The position numbers were made by a program, and so were the translations under genes. A stretch of 29,334 nucleotides of DNA from an uncultured Deferribacteres bacterium. GTDB taxonomy: Bacteria; Zhuqueibacterota; Zhuqueibacteria; Zhuqueibacterales; Geothermadaptataceae. A model generated the notes under the pieces. That model had not been told where the DNA came from. It was given only the letters and a program-made list of their open reading frames with translations, and did not search any database. Shown here piece after piece: positions 1 to 8,229 of this stretch. The DNA lies in contig CAXHAT010000091.1 in assembly GCA_964014485.1 (NCBI GenBank), positions 1-29,334 of the forward strand. The letters run 5' to 3'. The first letter of the stretch is position 1. The number at the start of each line of letters is the position of its first letter.

Positions 1-620
1 CTATAGACCCAGCCGCTCTGGTCGCCAAAATAAACAAGATCGTCCCAGAGCGCTGCGGCGCGCGTCAGCAAATGGGGCGTTTCCGAAGAATGCGGTGATT
101 TGAATTGCCAGACCGGCTCTCCCGTCTCCAATTTGAGCGAGATCAATTCATCGTCGTCGACCACGGTGAAAATTTGGGCGCCAGAGCGAAGAATCGCCGA
201 CGGAGCGCCGGAGCCGCGGACACGGCGTTTCCAGTTCACCCGCCCCGTTTTTTTCTTGAAAGAATAGATGTGGCCGATTTGCGTATCGGTTCCGATCAGT
301 ACGGCTTGGTCGGTGAGCAGCATTTCGCCGTGAAAGCTGTTTTGGTCGCCGTCTTGTTTGACGTCATAGCTCCAGACTTCGCGCCCGGTTGCTTTATCCA
401 ATGCGTAAAACTTTCCGGCGCAGGAGCCGATGAAAACCAAGTCGCCCGAAACTTCGGGAGTGGAGAAGACTCAGCCTTTCGTATCAAATTGCCACAAAAT
501 CTCGCTTGAGATTGCTGGAGTGGTTTGCACAAAAAGGGATGTAAAAAAAGCGGCGGCAATCAAAAAGTTGCGCTCGAGGCCGCCCTTTCTGGAAGCTCTG
601 AAATGCAACGAATTCATCAT
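1..620 (-). CDS. Secreted PQQ-binding-like (BamB-like) beta-propeller repeat protein, running off the window edge; one in-frame TGA at codon 50 (471-473), candidate selenocysteine or nonsense mutation
   Basis: Manual minus-strand translation from ATG 620: MMNSLHFRASRKGGLERNFLIAAAFFTSLFVQTTPAISSEILWQFDTKG*VFSTPEVSGDLVFIGSCAGKFYALDKATGREVWSYD...IYSFKKKTGRVNWKRR...LISLKLETGEPVWQFKS...LVYFGDQSGWVY. Signal-peptide-like N-terminus and repeated (A/S)xxxxTGxxxW PQQ-repeat motifs. The frame has no other stop down to position 3. Confidence 0.85.
439..473 (-). promoter_or_regulatory. Candidate bacterial SECIS element directly 3' of the in-frame UGA
   Basis: Minus strand reads UGA GUCUUCUCCACU CCCGA-AGUU-UCGGG C GACUU. 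The upper stem CCCGA/UCGGG starts 12 nt after UGA, the loop contains GU, and a lower GAGUC/GACUU pairing is possible. Confidence 0.5.
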
Positions 621-684
621 CGCTCATTTGCTCGAATTAATCCGACTTACAGCTTGCTCTCTGGTTCCCCCATTATGGACGCTC

Positions 685-2466
685 TTAACCGTTGTAAAGC
701 GATTCGAAATTGGTTTTGTATTTTTCAAAAACCACCTTGCGCTTAACCTTCAACGTCGGAGTCAGCTCGCCGCCTTCAATGGAGAAATCCTGCGTAACAA
801 TGCTAAACTTCTTCAGCGTTTCGTATGAGGCTAACTGGCTGTTTTTTGATTTGACCTCACCGTCAATCAAATCGAGAATTTTGGATTCGGAGCACAAAGA
901 TTCCCAATCGTGGTTTGACAAGCCGTTCTCCGCCGCCCAAGGCTCGACTTGCTCGCGATCCAGCGTAATCACGGCTACGAGATATTTCCGCTTGTCGCCA
1001 TAGGTAACGACCTGGCTGATATATCGTGAGGTGGTCATGATTTTCTCGATGCGCTGCGGCGCCACATTTTTGCCGCCAGCCGTAATGATGAGATCCTTTT
1101 TGCGGTCGGTGATTTTGAGAAAGCCGTCTTCGTCTATTTCTCCAATATCGCCGGTGTAGAGCCAGCCTTCCTTGTCAATTGTTTCCGCCGTCGACTCCGG
1201 ATTTTTATAGTACCCCTTCATCACATTTTTGCCGCGAAATAGCACTTCGCCGTCTTCCGCGATTTTCATTTCAATGCCTTCGCCAATCGTCCCCACTGTC
1301 CCGAACTTGAAGTTATCGAGACGATTGACATTTGTAAACGAGGTGTTTTCCGTCATGCCAATACCTTCCAGGATGAGAATGCCGCAGGCGTGGAAAAATT
1401 CGGCGATCTCTTTGTTAAGCGGCGCCGCGCCGGAAATACACCATTCCACGCGCCCGCCAAGCGCTTCCTTGATTTTCGAAAACACCAGTTTGTCCGCCAA
1501 CTTCCGCTTGAACGCCAAGCCGCCGGGAATGGGCTTTTTCTGCTGCTGCAACCGGCTGACCTGGTAGCCAACGCCCAAAGCCCAGTTAAAAATCTTCTCC
1601 TTCAAACCGCCGGCGTCCGCGGCGCCGGAGGTGATTTTGTCGTAGACTTTTTCGTAGATGCGCGGCACGCTGGCAAAATAGTGCGGGCGCGTTTCTTTGA
1701 TGTTTTCAGCGACCTTTTCGAGGCTCTCGGCAAAATTAAGCGTCACGGCTTCTTTCATGCCGGAGTAGACGATAATTCTCGCGAAAACATGGGCCAACGG
1801 CAAAAATAGAATCGTTTCGTAATCATTCTTTACATCCAGGCATTTGGCGGAAGTATTCGAAGTGAAGATTAAATTTTCATGCGTAAGCATGACGCCCTTG
1901 GGAACGCCCGTCGTGCCGGAAGTGTAGACCAGCGAAGCCAAATCTTCCGGCTCGACCGCGTCAACGCGCGCCATAAAATCTTCATCGGATATGTCGCCGC
2001 CTTTTTCCAAAAACGCTTGCCAGCTCAGCACATCGTCAGCGCCGGAAGGCTCGCCGTCGATCATGACGATGTGTTTCAATTTGGGCAGATCGCCGCGCAC
2101 TTGCAGCACTTTGTCGAGCTGTTCCTGATTTTCCACAAAAATCAGCGCCGCGTCGCTGTGGTCGATGATATAAGCGCAATCTTCCGGCAAATTGGACGGG
2201 TAGATGCCCACGATGACCGAGCCAATGCTAACGGTCGCGATATCGCATTGCACCCATTCGAGCCGAGTTTGGCTAACAATATCAACTTTATCGTCCTTCC
2301 CCACGCCCAATGCAATCAAACCTTTCGAGATTTGTTTGCAAGTTTCTTCGTGCTCCGCCCAGGTCACGCCGACCCATTGACCGTCTTTTTTTGAACGATA
2401 AGCGGTTTTGTCGCGATTCGCATCGACGATATGCTTGAAAAAATGATAAATTGATTTCTCGGCCAT
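685..2466 (-). CDS. fadD: Long-chain fatty acid--CoA ligase (AMP-dependent synthetase, FadD/FAA1 type)
   Basis: YTSGTTGVPKG AMP-binding motif, LPLAHVF, EGIGMTE, GWLYTGDIG, ITDRKKDLIITAGGKNVAP and ELTPTLKVKR. GGAG RBS upstream. Confidence 0.93.
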   Translation of the reverse strand: MAEKSIYHFFKHIVDANRDKTAYRSKKDGQWVGVTWAEHEETCKQISKGLIALGVGKDDKVDIVSQTRLEWVQCDIATVSIGSVIVGIYPSNLPEDCAYIIDHSDAALIFVENQEQLDKVLQVRGDLPKLKHIVMIDGEPSGADDVLSWQAFLEKGGDISDEDFMARVDAVEPEDLASLVYTSGTTGVPKGVMLTHENLIFTSNTSAKCLDVKNDYETILFLPLAHVFARIIVYSGMKEAVTLNFAESLEKVAENIKETRPHYFASVPRIYEKVYDKITSGAADAGGLKEKIFNWALGVGYQVSRLQQQKKPIPGGLAFKRKLADKLVFSKIKEALGGRVEWCISGAAPLNKEIAEFFHACGILILEGIGMTENTSFTNVNRLDNFKFGTVGTIGEGIEMKIAEDGEVLFRGKNVMKGYYKNPESTAETIDKEGWLYTGDIGEIDEDGFLKITDRKKDLIITAGGKNVAPQRIEKIMTTSRYISQVVTYGDKRKYLVAVITLDREQVEPWAAENGLSNHDWESLCSESKILDLIDGEVKSKNSQLASYETLKKFSIVTQDFSIEGGELTPTLKVKRKVVFEKYKTNFESLYNG

Positions 2467-2593
2467 TTTGCGCTCCTTCAGAAATACTGGCGTTTCATGT
2501 TATCGGTTGAAAATTCGATGATTGTCGGTTATATTTTGCACGTAAAGCGTTGATAAATAATTGCTCTTTCAATGGAATAGCAAGTAAAAACAG

Positions 2594-3178
2594 ATGCACA
2601 AATCTGAAATGAATCCAATTGAAATTATTGAAAAATATTACTCGCCGGAATCGTTGGCTTATGACGTTTTGATCAGGCACAGCCGCGCCGTCGCCAGGAA
2701 AGCGCTCGATCTCGCGCATCAAGTCGAGCACTTAAATCCAGACCTGAAATTTATCGAAGAAGCGGCGATGCTGCACGATATCGGAATTTTTCTGACCAAC
2801 GCGCCCGGAATTGGCTGTTTCGGCGATGCGCCATACATTTGCCACAGCGTTCTGGGCAGAGAATTGCTTGAGAAAGAAGGTTTTCCCAAGCACGCTCTGG
2901 TTTGCGAGCGCCACACCGGGACTGGCCTCAGCGTCGAAGACATTGAAAGACAGAATCTGCCGCTGCCCAGGCGCGACATGCTGCCAATAACACTGGAAGA
3001 GCAAATCATTTGCTTCGCGGATAACTTCTTTTCCAAGAATCCCAAAAGGCTGGAGGAAGAACGTTCGCTAAAAAAAATCCGAAAAGTCATGGCAAAATTC
3101 GGTGAAGACAAGGTCGAACAAATCGACCGATGGGCGGCGTTCTTTCAAACGCCGTCTCGCTTGACAAAGCAGGACTGA
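2594..3178 (+). CDS. HD/HDIG-domain phosphohydrolase (start may be 2609)
   Basis: HSRAVA...AAMLHDIG...H...ERHTG...IICFADNF metal-binding pattern. Confidence 0.88.
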   Translation: MHKSEMNPIEIIEKYYSPESLAYDVLIRHSRAVARKALDLAHQVEHLNPDLKFIEEAAMLHDIGIFLTNAPGIGCFGDAPYICHSVLGRELLEKEGFPKHALVCERHTGTGLSVEDIERQNLPLPRRDMLPITLEEQIICFADNFFSKNPKRLEEERSLKKIRKVMAKFGEDKVEQIDRWAAFFQTPSRLTKQD

Positions 3179-3189
3179 TTGATTATATT
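3161..3189 (+). promoter_or_regulatory. Sigma70-type promoter for the csp-hyp-xerD-birA-coaX run
   Basis: TTGACA (3161-3166) - 17 nt - TATATT (3184-3189). Confidence 0.7.
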
Positions 3190-3256
3190 CACGCTTCTTT
3201 TAGTGAGCTTTCCGGCTCAAACAACAATTGCGCTGCATCTCGAAAGGAGTCGAAAA

Positions 3257-3481
3257 ATGTCGCAAGGACACGTACTTTGGTTTAATGAAAACAAGGGTTA
3301 CGGCTACATTAAGAGCGAGTCGGGAGACGATGTTTTCGTCCATTTTTCAGCGATAAAAATGGACGGTTTTCGCACCTTGCCAAAAGGCGCGCTTGTCAAA
3401 TTTGATTATATTTCTGGTGAAAAAGGACCGTTGGCCACCAAGGTCGTCCCGGTCGGTCGATGGAGTGAGGCAGCCATTTGA
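3257..3481 (+). CDS. csp: Cold-shock domain protein
   Basis: MSQGHVLWFNENKGYGYI...DVFVHFSAI (RNP1/RNP2-like motifs). AAGGAG RBS at 3244-3249 supports ATG 3257 rather than the ORF-track start at 3179. Confidence 0.92.
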   Translation: MSQGHVLWFNENKGYGYIKSESGDDVFVHFSAIKMDGFRTLPKGALVKFDYISGEKGPLATKVVPVGRWSEAAI

Positions 3482-3960
3482 AGTTTACACAAGAAGATAT
3501 TGAAGCTATTGCCGGCGCATTAGACGCTGAGGTCAAAAAAAGCGGCGATAACTTCCGTCTGACCATTTCGAATGAGGAAGCCGGACGCAAAATTAGTCTG
3601 GAAGTCAATCCCGACGCCCAGCTTGGCGCTGAAAGGGGCAGCCTGGTTCAGGTTTATACTTCCAACGCATTTCTGCAAGTGCAATTCTGCATTGGCTATA
3701 TTTTCAGCCGCATGTCCGGTGAGGTTACTTTTGTTACCCGTCATGCCGGGCGCGTCACCGGGCTTGTCGTAGAAAAAGAAGCGGGTTGCTCGCTCTATGC
3801 GAACATCGACGAAGGCGCCATTTCAGGAAACTACGCCAAAATGAGCTCAGAGGCTTCAATCGCGGCCATCTCGCTTTCTTTCGCGGAACAGTTGCTCGCA
3901 GAGGGCGGCGGCAGCATTGACGCCGACAAGATTCTTGCCGAAGATATGGACGATGACTGA
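3478..3960 (+). CDS. Hypothetical protein
   Basis: 160-aa ORF; its TTG start overlaps the csp stop (TTGA) and it ends 8 nt before xerD. No recognised motif. Confidence 0.75.
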   Translation: MKFTQEDIEAIAGALDAEVKKSGDNFRLTISNEEAGRKISLEVNPDAQLGAERGSLVQVYTSNAFLQVQFCIGYIFSRMSGEVTFVTRHAGRVTGLVVEKEAGCSLYANIDEGAISGNYAKMSSEASIAAISLSFAEQLLAEGGGSIDADKILAEDMDDD

Positions 3961-3968
3961 TTCACTGC

Positions 3969-4880
3969 ATGGATGAGTTCGTCGACGAATTTCTCGACTT
4001 TATTCGCATTGAGCGAAATTTCGCCCGGAACACAATCGAAGCCTACGCGCGCGATCTTGCCAATTACATCACCTTTCTTGATGACCATAACGTCACGACG
4101 CCCAATCAAATCTCTCCCGCTTTAATCCAGGATTTCATTTTTACGCTGAACGAACTAGGGCTTGCGGAAGCGAGCAGCGCGCGTAAACTTTCCGCCGTTA
4201 AGTCATTCCACAAATACCTTCTTGGAGAGCAGTACTCCGAATTCAATCCCGCCGAAACAGTGACGATTAGGCGCAGCGCAACAGAACCTCCCGCCGTGAT
4301 AGAAATTCACGAAATGGAGCATTTGTTATCCTTGCCGGAAACGGATTCGCCGCTTGGATTGCGCGATAAGAGCATGCTGGAATTTATGTACGCGACCGGC
4401 GCGCGCATTTCTGAAGTGCTGAATTTGCATCGCAGCGATTACTTTCCGGAAGAGTATTTCGTCCGATTGTTCGGCAAAGGGCGGAAAGAGCGCCTGGTTC
4501 CCGTCGGCGAGGAAGCTGCGCATTGGATCGAAGAATATCAAACGATGGGGCGGCCATATTTGGCAAAACCGTTCCGCTCCGAAGACGTGCTTTTTCTAAA
4601 TGGTCGCGGCGGAAAGCTCTCGCGCATGGGTGCGTGGAAAATTGTGCGTAAATATGTTGATTCCTCTGGAATTAGAAAGCATATTTCGCCGCATACGTTT
4701 CGGCACTCTTTTGCGACGCACCTGCTGGAAGGCGGCGCAGATTTGCGCGCAGTACAGGAAATGCTTGGGCACGCCGACATCTCCACGACGCAAATTTACA
4801 CACATATTGACCGGGATTATTTGCGAGAAGTCTTACGCCAATTTCACCCGCTCGAGCAGCAACCACGCGCCAGGAAGTAA
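3969..4880 (+). CDS. xerD: Site-specific tyrosine recombinase XerD
   Basis: RNTIEAYARDL, YATGARISE, GKGRKERLVP, SPHTFRHSFATHLLEGGADLRAVQEMLGHADISTTQIYTH. Confidence 0.93.
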   Translation: MDEFVDEFLDFIRIERNFARNTIEAYARDLANYITFLDDHNVTTPNQISPALIQDFIFTLNELGLAEASSARKLSAVKSFHKYLLGEQYSEFNPAETVTIRRSATEPPAVIEIHEMEHLLSLPETDSPLGLRDKSMLEFMYATGARISEVLNLHRSDYFPEEYFVRLFGKGRKERLVPVGEEAAHWIEEYQTMGRPYLAKPFRSEDVLFLNGRGGKLSRMGAWKIVRKYVDSSGIRKHISPHTFRHSFATHLLEGGADLRAVQEMLGHADISTTQIYTHIDRDYLREVLRQFHPLEQQPRARK

Positions 4881-4890
4881 AGATCAGACA

Positions 4891-5694
4891 ATGCATTCAG
4901 ATTATTTGGACCCGGATATTATTCAAGAACGCCTGAGTAACGTCGCTTTTGTGACGCGTATTCACGCGTTTGAAACGCTTTCTTCTACTAGCGATGTTGC
5001 AAAACGCCTCGCAGCGTCAGAAGCGCGTCACGGCACGCTTGTGATTGCAGATCGCCAGACGACCGGCCGGGGTCAGCATGGCCGGTATTGGCACTCTCCG
5101 CCCGGGGTCGGGCTCTGGTTCTCGCTTGTGTTACAATTTCCCCGCGGCGCCAATCTCCAAACCCTGCCTCTTTTTTTGAGCGAAAAAATCGCCGTCGCTT
5201 TACAAAACCTTCTTAACGTAGAATTTCATGTAAAATGGCCGAACGACTTACTTTTTCACGGCAAAAAAATTTCCGGCGTACTTTGCGAAGCGGGAAGTTC
5301 CAACAACGGCGTCGATTACGTCGTTGCAGGGATCGGAATTAACGTCAACCATGAAGACAAGCACTTCCCGGATGATCTCAGGCAAAAAGCGACTTCATTA
5401 TTTGCTGTCGCAGGACGAAAAATAGACCGCCTTGCAGTCCTCGCGGCAATCTTGGCGGAACTTGACAAAACGTTTTCTTTGCAAAACGCGAAGCATTTAA
5501 CCGATCTTTCTCAGTGGCGGAAAATGTGCCCGGACATTGGCAAATCGTTGCGTCTCCGCTTGAATGATGCAGAAATTGAAGGCGTTTTTAAAGACGTTGA
5601 TGATGACGGCGCGTTGCTACTTGAGACTTCGGGCGGGCGGGTGCGCCGTTTTCTTGCCGGGGAAATCACGGTTTTAAGGGACGGACAATTATGA
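4891..5694 (+). CDS. birA: Biotin--[acetyl-CoA-carboxylase] ligase (no N-terminal HTH)
   Basis: QTTGRGQHGRYW, KWPNDL, KKISGVL, GIGINV and VDDDGALLL. ATG 4891 follows the xerD stop; the ORF-track extension to 4600 overlaps xerD. Confidence 0.92.
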   Translation: MHSDYLDPDIIQERLSNVAFVTRIHAFETLSSTSDVAKRLAASEARHGTLVIADRQTTGRGQHGRYWHSPPGVGLWFSLVLQFPRGANLQTLPLFLSEKIAVALQNLLNVEFHVKWPNDLLFHGKKISGVLCEAGSSNNGVDYVVAGIGINVNHEDKHFPDDLRQKATSLFAVAGRKIDRLAVLAAILAELDKTFSLQNAKHLTDLSQWRKMCPDIGKSLRLRLNDAEIEGVFKDVDDDGALLLETSGGRVRRFLAGEITVLRDGQL

Positions 5695-6455
5695 TACTCG
5701 TACTCGACGTCGGCAATACCAATATCACCCTCGGCGTTTATGAAAACGGCCTGTTAAAATGCCATTGGCGGCTCAGCAGCAAAATTGCGCGAACAGCGGA
5801 TGAAATTTGGATCATGATCAAAGCGCTTTGCGAAGATGAAGGCGTCGATCCGCGCGCCATCTCGGGCCTTGCTCTGGGCTCCGTCGTTCCCAGCGTTTCA
5901 ACTTTGATCGGGCGTATGTTGGAAAAAAGGTTCCAGCCCAAGTATGTTGAAGTCAATCACATGACAAACACCGGATTGACGATCAAGTACAACACGCCGC
6001 AGAGCGTCGGCGCGGATCGGATTTGTAACGCTGTCGCCGGTTTTCAAAAATACGGCGGCCCGCTCATCATTGTCGATTTCGGCACGGCCACGACCTTTGA
6101 CGTGATTTCGAAAAACGCCGAATATCTAGGCGGAATCATTGCGCCCGGTTTGGAAAGCACGGTCAGCAGCCTCCACCATTTTGCCGCGCGACTGCCGCAG
6201 GTCGAGCTAAAATTCCCAGCATCTTTAATTGGACGCTCAACGGAATCGAGCATGCAGTCCGGTTTGATGTACGGCGGAGCGGAAATGGTCGAAGGCTTGA
6301 TTCGACGCTTGCGAGATGAACTTGGAAAAGACGCAACTGTCATCACGACCGGCGGCTTGGCGGAAGTTCTCATGCCGCAACTGCCCTCGGTCGAACGCTT
6401 CGAACCGTTTCTAACCCTCGACGGGCTACACTTGATTTTTCAGCAAAACCAATAG
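5691..6455 (+). CDS. coaX: Type III pantothenate kinase
   Basis: LDVGNTN, VGADR, IVDFGTATTFD, GGIIAPG and TGG motifs. ATGA overlap with birA. Confidence 0.95.
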   Translation: MILVLDVGNTNITLGVYENGLLKCHWRLSSKIARTADEIWIMIKALCEDEGVDPRAISGLALGSVVPSVSTLIGRMLEKRFQPKYVEVNHMTNTGLTIKYNTPQSVGADRICNAVAGFQKYGGPLIIVDFGTATTFDVISKNAEYLGGIIAPGLESTVSSLHHFAARLPQVELKFPASLIGRSTESSMQSGLMYGGAEMVEGLIRRLRDELGKDATVITTGGLAEVLMPQLPSVERFEPFLTLDGLHLIFQQNQ

Positions 6456-6550
6456 CTCGCCAACCCAAGGTCTACCCCCTTCTCAATTCTTCCCACTCAG
6501 CGGAAACAAAACATACGCGTTTTCTAGCCTCGACTCAATGGCAATTTCGG

Positions 6551-6673
6551 GAACTATTGACACAGTTTCTTGATGAAACTGAAATTGATGCTGACGAACT
6601 TTCAAATATTCTTGAAAAGCACAATTTAAAAGAAACCTGGCGGGAATTTCGAGGAAAGTTTTATGATCAATGA
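6551..6673 (+). pseudogene. C-terminal remnant of a small gene, probably a TA-type partner such as a nucleotidyltransferase
   Basis: Frame reads ELLTQFLDETEIDADELSNILEKHNLKETWREFRGKFYDQ*. It is protein-like, has no convincing start, and its end overlaps the next ATG as in a coupled pair. Confidence 0.4.
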
Positions 6674-6854
6674 AATCGCCCCCCCGGAAAATATCGAGGC
6701 ATTGTTCAAAACGAAATTAGAGAGACGAAAAAGCCTTGCGCAACTGCCTTTCGAAGAGAAAATTCGTATTCTTGTTGAACTGCAAAAAATGGCGCAAGGC
6801 TTTCAGGCTTCACCAAAAAACACGCATCGCGTCGTTTGGGATATTTCAACGTGA
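6663..6854 (+). CDS. Small hypothetical helical protein, likely antitoxin-like partner
   Basis: 63 aa containing RRKSLAQLPFEEKIRILVELQK. GAGG RBS upstream; lies within the TA cluster. Confidence 0.6.
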   Translation: MINEIAPPENIEALFKTKLERRKSLAQLPFEEKIRILVELQKMAQGFQASPKNTHRVVWDIST

Positions 6855-6890
6855 CAACGGAAAATTCTCGTTCGCATACAATATTGCCAT
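6846..6890 (-). pseudogene. Truncated DUF5615/PIN-like toxin (N-terminal 14 aa only)
   Basis: ATG 3 nt after the DUF433 stop gives MAILYANENFPLSR*, matching the typical (L)YA(N/D)ENFP start of DUF5615 toxins, then stops. Confidence 0.65.
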
Positions 6891-6893
6891 CGC

Positions 6894-7220
6894 TCAGGCG
6901 TCATCGTTTTCACGAATTTGCCGGTCAATATCATCGCGATGGGAGCGAACGTAAGCCCAGGCGTTGGCTAAATCTTCGGCGCGCAGCGTTGGGTAACTCG
7001 CTAACAATTCGGCTTCGCTGCACCCCAAACGTTTTGCTTGTTCCAGCAGCCAAACTGGAATTCGGGTGCGAACAATTCGAGGCTCTCCGCCGCAAATGCC
7101 AAGCGTAGTTTCAATACCTGGAAAAGCATCACCCAAATCTGGAACAACCCATTGCAGCACTTGAGCTTTCTCAGCCCGAGAAAGTGTTGACAACGCCTCT
7201 TTAAATTCCTGTGTACTCAT
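6894..7220 (-). CDS. DUF433-domain antitoxin-like protein
   Basis: GICGGEPRIVRTRIPVW...LLASYPTLRAEDLANAWAY. Confidence 0.88.
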   Translation of the reverse strand: MSTQEFKEALSTLSRAEKAQVLQWVVPDLGDAFPGIETTLGICGGEPRIVRTRIPVWLLEQAKRLGCSEAELLASYPTLRAEDLANAWAYVRSHRDDIDRQIRENDDA

Positions 7221-7272
7221 AAGTTATTCCATGCATTGATTTTCTTGTATCTTCCCGTAGTATCTTTTGAAA

Positions 7273-7301
7273 AATGTAATGAAAATCAGGAATTATGGCA
7301 A
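7273..7301 (-). promoter_or_regulatory. Sigma70-type promoter of the second DUF433 cassette
   Basis: TTGCCA (7301-7296) - 17 nt - TACATT (7278-7273). Confidence 0.55.
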
Positions 7302-7354
7302 TTTAGATTTATTCAGGGTTGGGTTGGCTGATGCAGAAACGATCAGCATTTTGC

Positions 7355-7483
7355 TCAAATCTTCACGATTTTCCCATTCTTACTGCTCTGCAACAACAAA
7401 ACATAAGCGTCTTCGAGAGTCGGTTCGACGGCGCGGGGGGTGATTTCGGGGATTTCGGTTTCGCTGATGAAGCGCATTCGCAC
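7355..7483 (-). repeat. Diverged direct-repeat copy of the last 43 codons of the RND-ABC fusion gene (8230-8358)
   Basis: Ungapped, 114/129 nt identical by manual count. Translates VRMRFISETEIPEITPRAVEPTLEDAYVLLLQSSKNGKIVKI* versus VRMRFISETEVPEIAPRAVEPTLEDAYVLLLQSSKKGSVAKV*. Confidence 0.95.
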
Positions 7484-7549
7484 GCCGCCGGCCATTTTCA
7501 TCTGAGGCAAAACAGTTCCGCCATTATACACAACCCTGATATTCCATTG

Positions 7550-7876
7550 TTATGTTCCTTTAGGAAGCGAAATTTCAAGGAAGGCACCGGGACGGACTGT
7601 TTTGAGCGCTTGATCTATGGCAGGGATAAGTAAAGAAACGACCGTAACTTTGTTACTTGGCAAAATGATCACTGCTAAGCGCCTATTCGATAAGTTTTGC
7701 TGGTACGGAAGGTTTTTGTCGGTCGAAATCAGAATTTCAAATCGATCTTCGACAAGTTTGAGAAGCCGCCCGTTTTTAACGCCCGCCCATCCCATTTCCT
7801 GAACAGTCTTGATGTTCCAATATGGCAAGCGTTTCTTGACAATCCGAGGCGTGCATTCATCCAGCAGGATTTTCAA
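7550..7876 (-). CDS. DUF5615/PIN-like toxin
   Basis: MKILLDECTP...TVQEMGWAGVKNGRLL...ILISTDKNLPYQQNL. TTG start overlaps the upstream TGA (TTGA). Confidence 0.85.
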   Translation of the reverse strand: MKILLDECTPRIVKKRLPYWNIKTVQEMGWAGVKNGRLLKLVEDRFEILISTDKNLPYQQNLSNRRLAVIILPSNKVTVVSLLIPAIDQALKTVRPGAFLEISLPKGT

Positions 7877-8118
7877 TTGACCTGTCCCAAATGCGACAGT
7901 GAAAGCTTGCAAAAATCGAGAACCTGAAGCGCTTGTTCGCGGGTTACGGTTGGAAAATTGTCAAGAAATTCATCCAACGTCAGACCGGCTTCGATATTAT
8001 TGAGCAAAGCGTCCACAGGCACGCGGGTTCCGCGAAAAACGGGAGTCCCGCTTACGATATCCGGATCAACCGTGACAGGGAGTTGCTCCGGCTCGATATT
8101 GTTTAGAACCAAAACCAT
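7873..8118 (-). CDS. DUF433-domain antitoxin
   Basis: DPDIVSGTPVFRGTRVPV...GLTLDEFLDNFPTVTREQA. GGAG RBS 8 nt upstream of ATG 8118. Confidence 0.88.
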   Translation of the reverse strand: MVLVLNNIEPEQLPVTVDPDIVSGTPVFRGTRVPVDALLNNIEAGLTLDEFLDNFPTVTREQALQVLDFCKLSLSHLGQVN

Positions 8119-8179
8119 GATCATCGCTCCAAAGTTGTGAAAGCGGTTTTCAAATTTCGATAACCTGCTGCCAAAACTC

Positions 8180-8208
8180 AAAGTAAAACAAGAATTCCGT
8201 TATGGCAA
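8180..8208 (-). promoter_or_regulatory. Sigma70-type promoter of the first DUF433/DUF5615 cassette
   Basis: TTGCCA (8208-8203) - 17 nt - TACTTT (8185-8180). Confidence 0.55.
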
Positions 8209-8229
8209 AGACTTTTGCAAGTTGATGAG

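Noticed and set aside
471..473. Genome-wide TGA reassignment (code 4/25) as the explanation for the in-frame stop
   Set aside because: Many genes here end in TGA at expected lengths (csp, birA, MFP, ABC ATPase, fusion), and long ORFs have no internal TGA.
105..828. ORF-track calls 105-509(+), 296-559(-), 430-828(+) and 525-746(+)
   Set aside because: Antisense or off-frame shadows of the PQQ-repeat gene and fadD. 105-509 is the exact codon-register mirror of the real minus-strand frame.
3132..3158. GC-rich hairpin GGCGGCGTT...AACGCCGTC near the HD gene 3' end
   Set aside because: Lies inside the CDS and lacks a U-tract, so it cannot be supported as a terminator.
3969..4880. Tyrosine recombinase as the integrase of a mobile element responsible for the TA cassettes
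   Set aside because: Sequence is canonical chromosomal XerD inside a housekeeping run. No att or dif-like sites were recognised at the cassette edges.
4600..4890. N-terminal extension of BirA
   Set aside because: Overlaps xerD out of frame, has no HTH, and ATG 4891 fits better.
7355..7501. Possible 48-aa mini-protein MKMAGGVRMRF... from the duplicated 3' end
   Set aside because: No clear RBS; better explained as a displaced gene end, although expression cannot be excluded.
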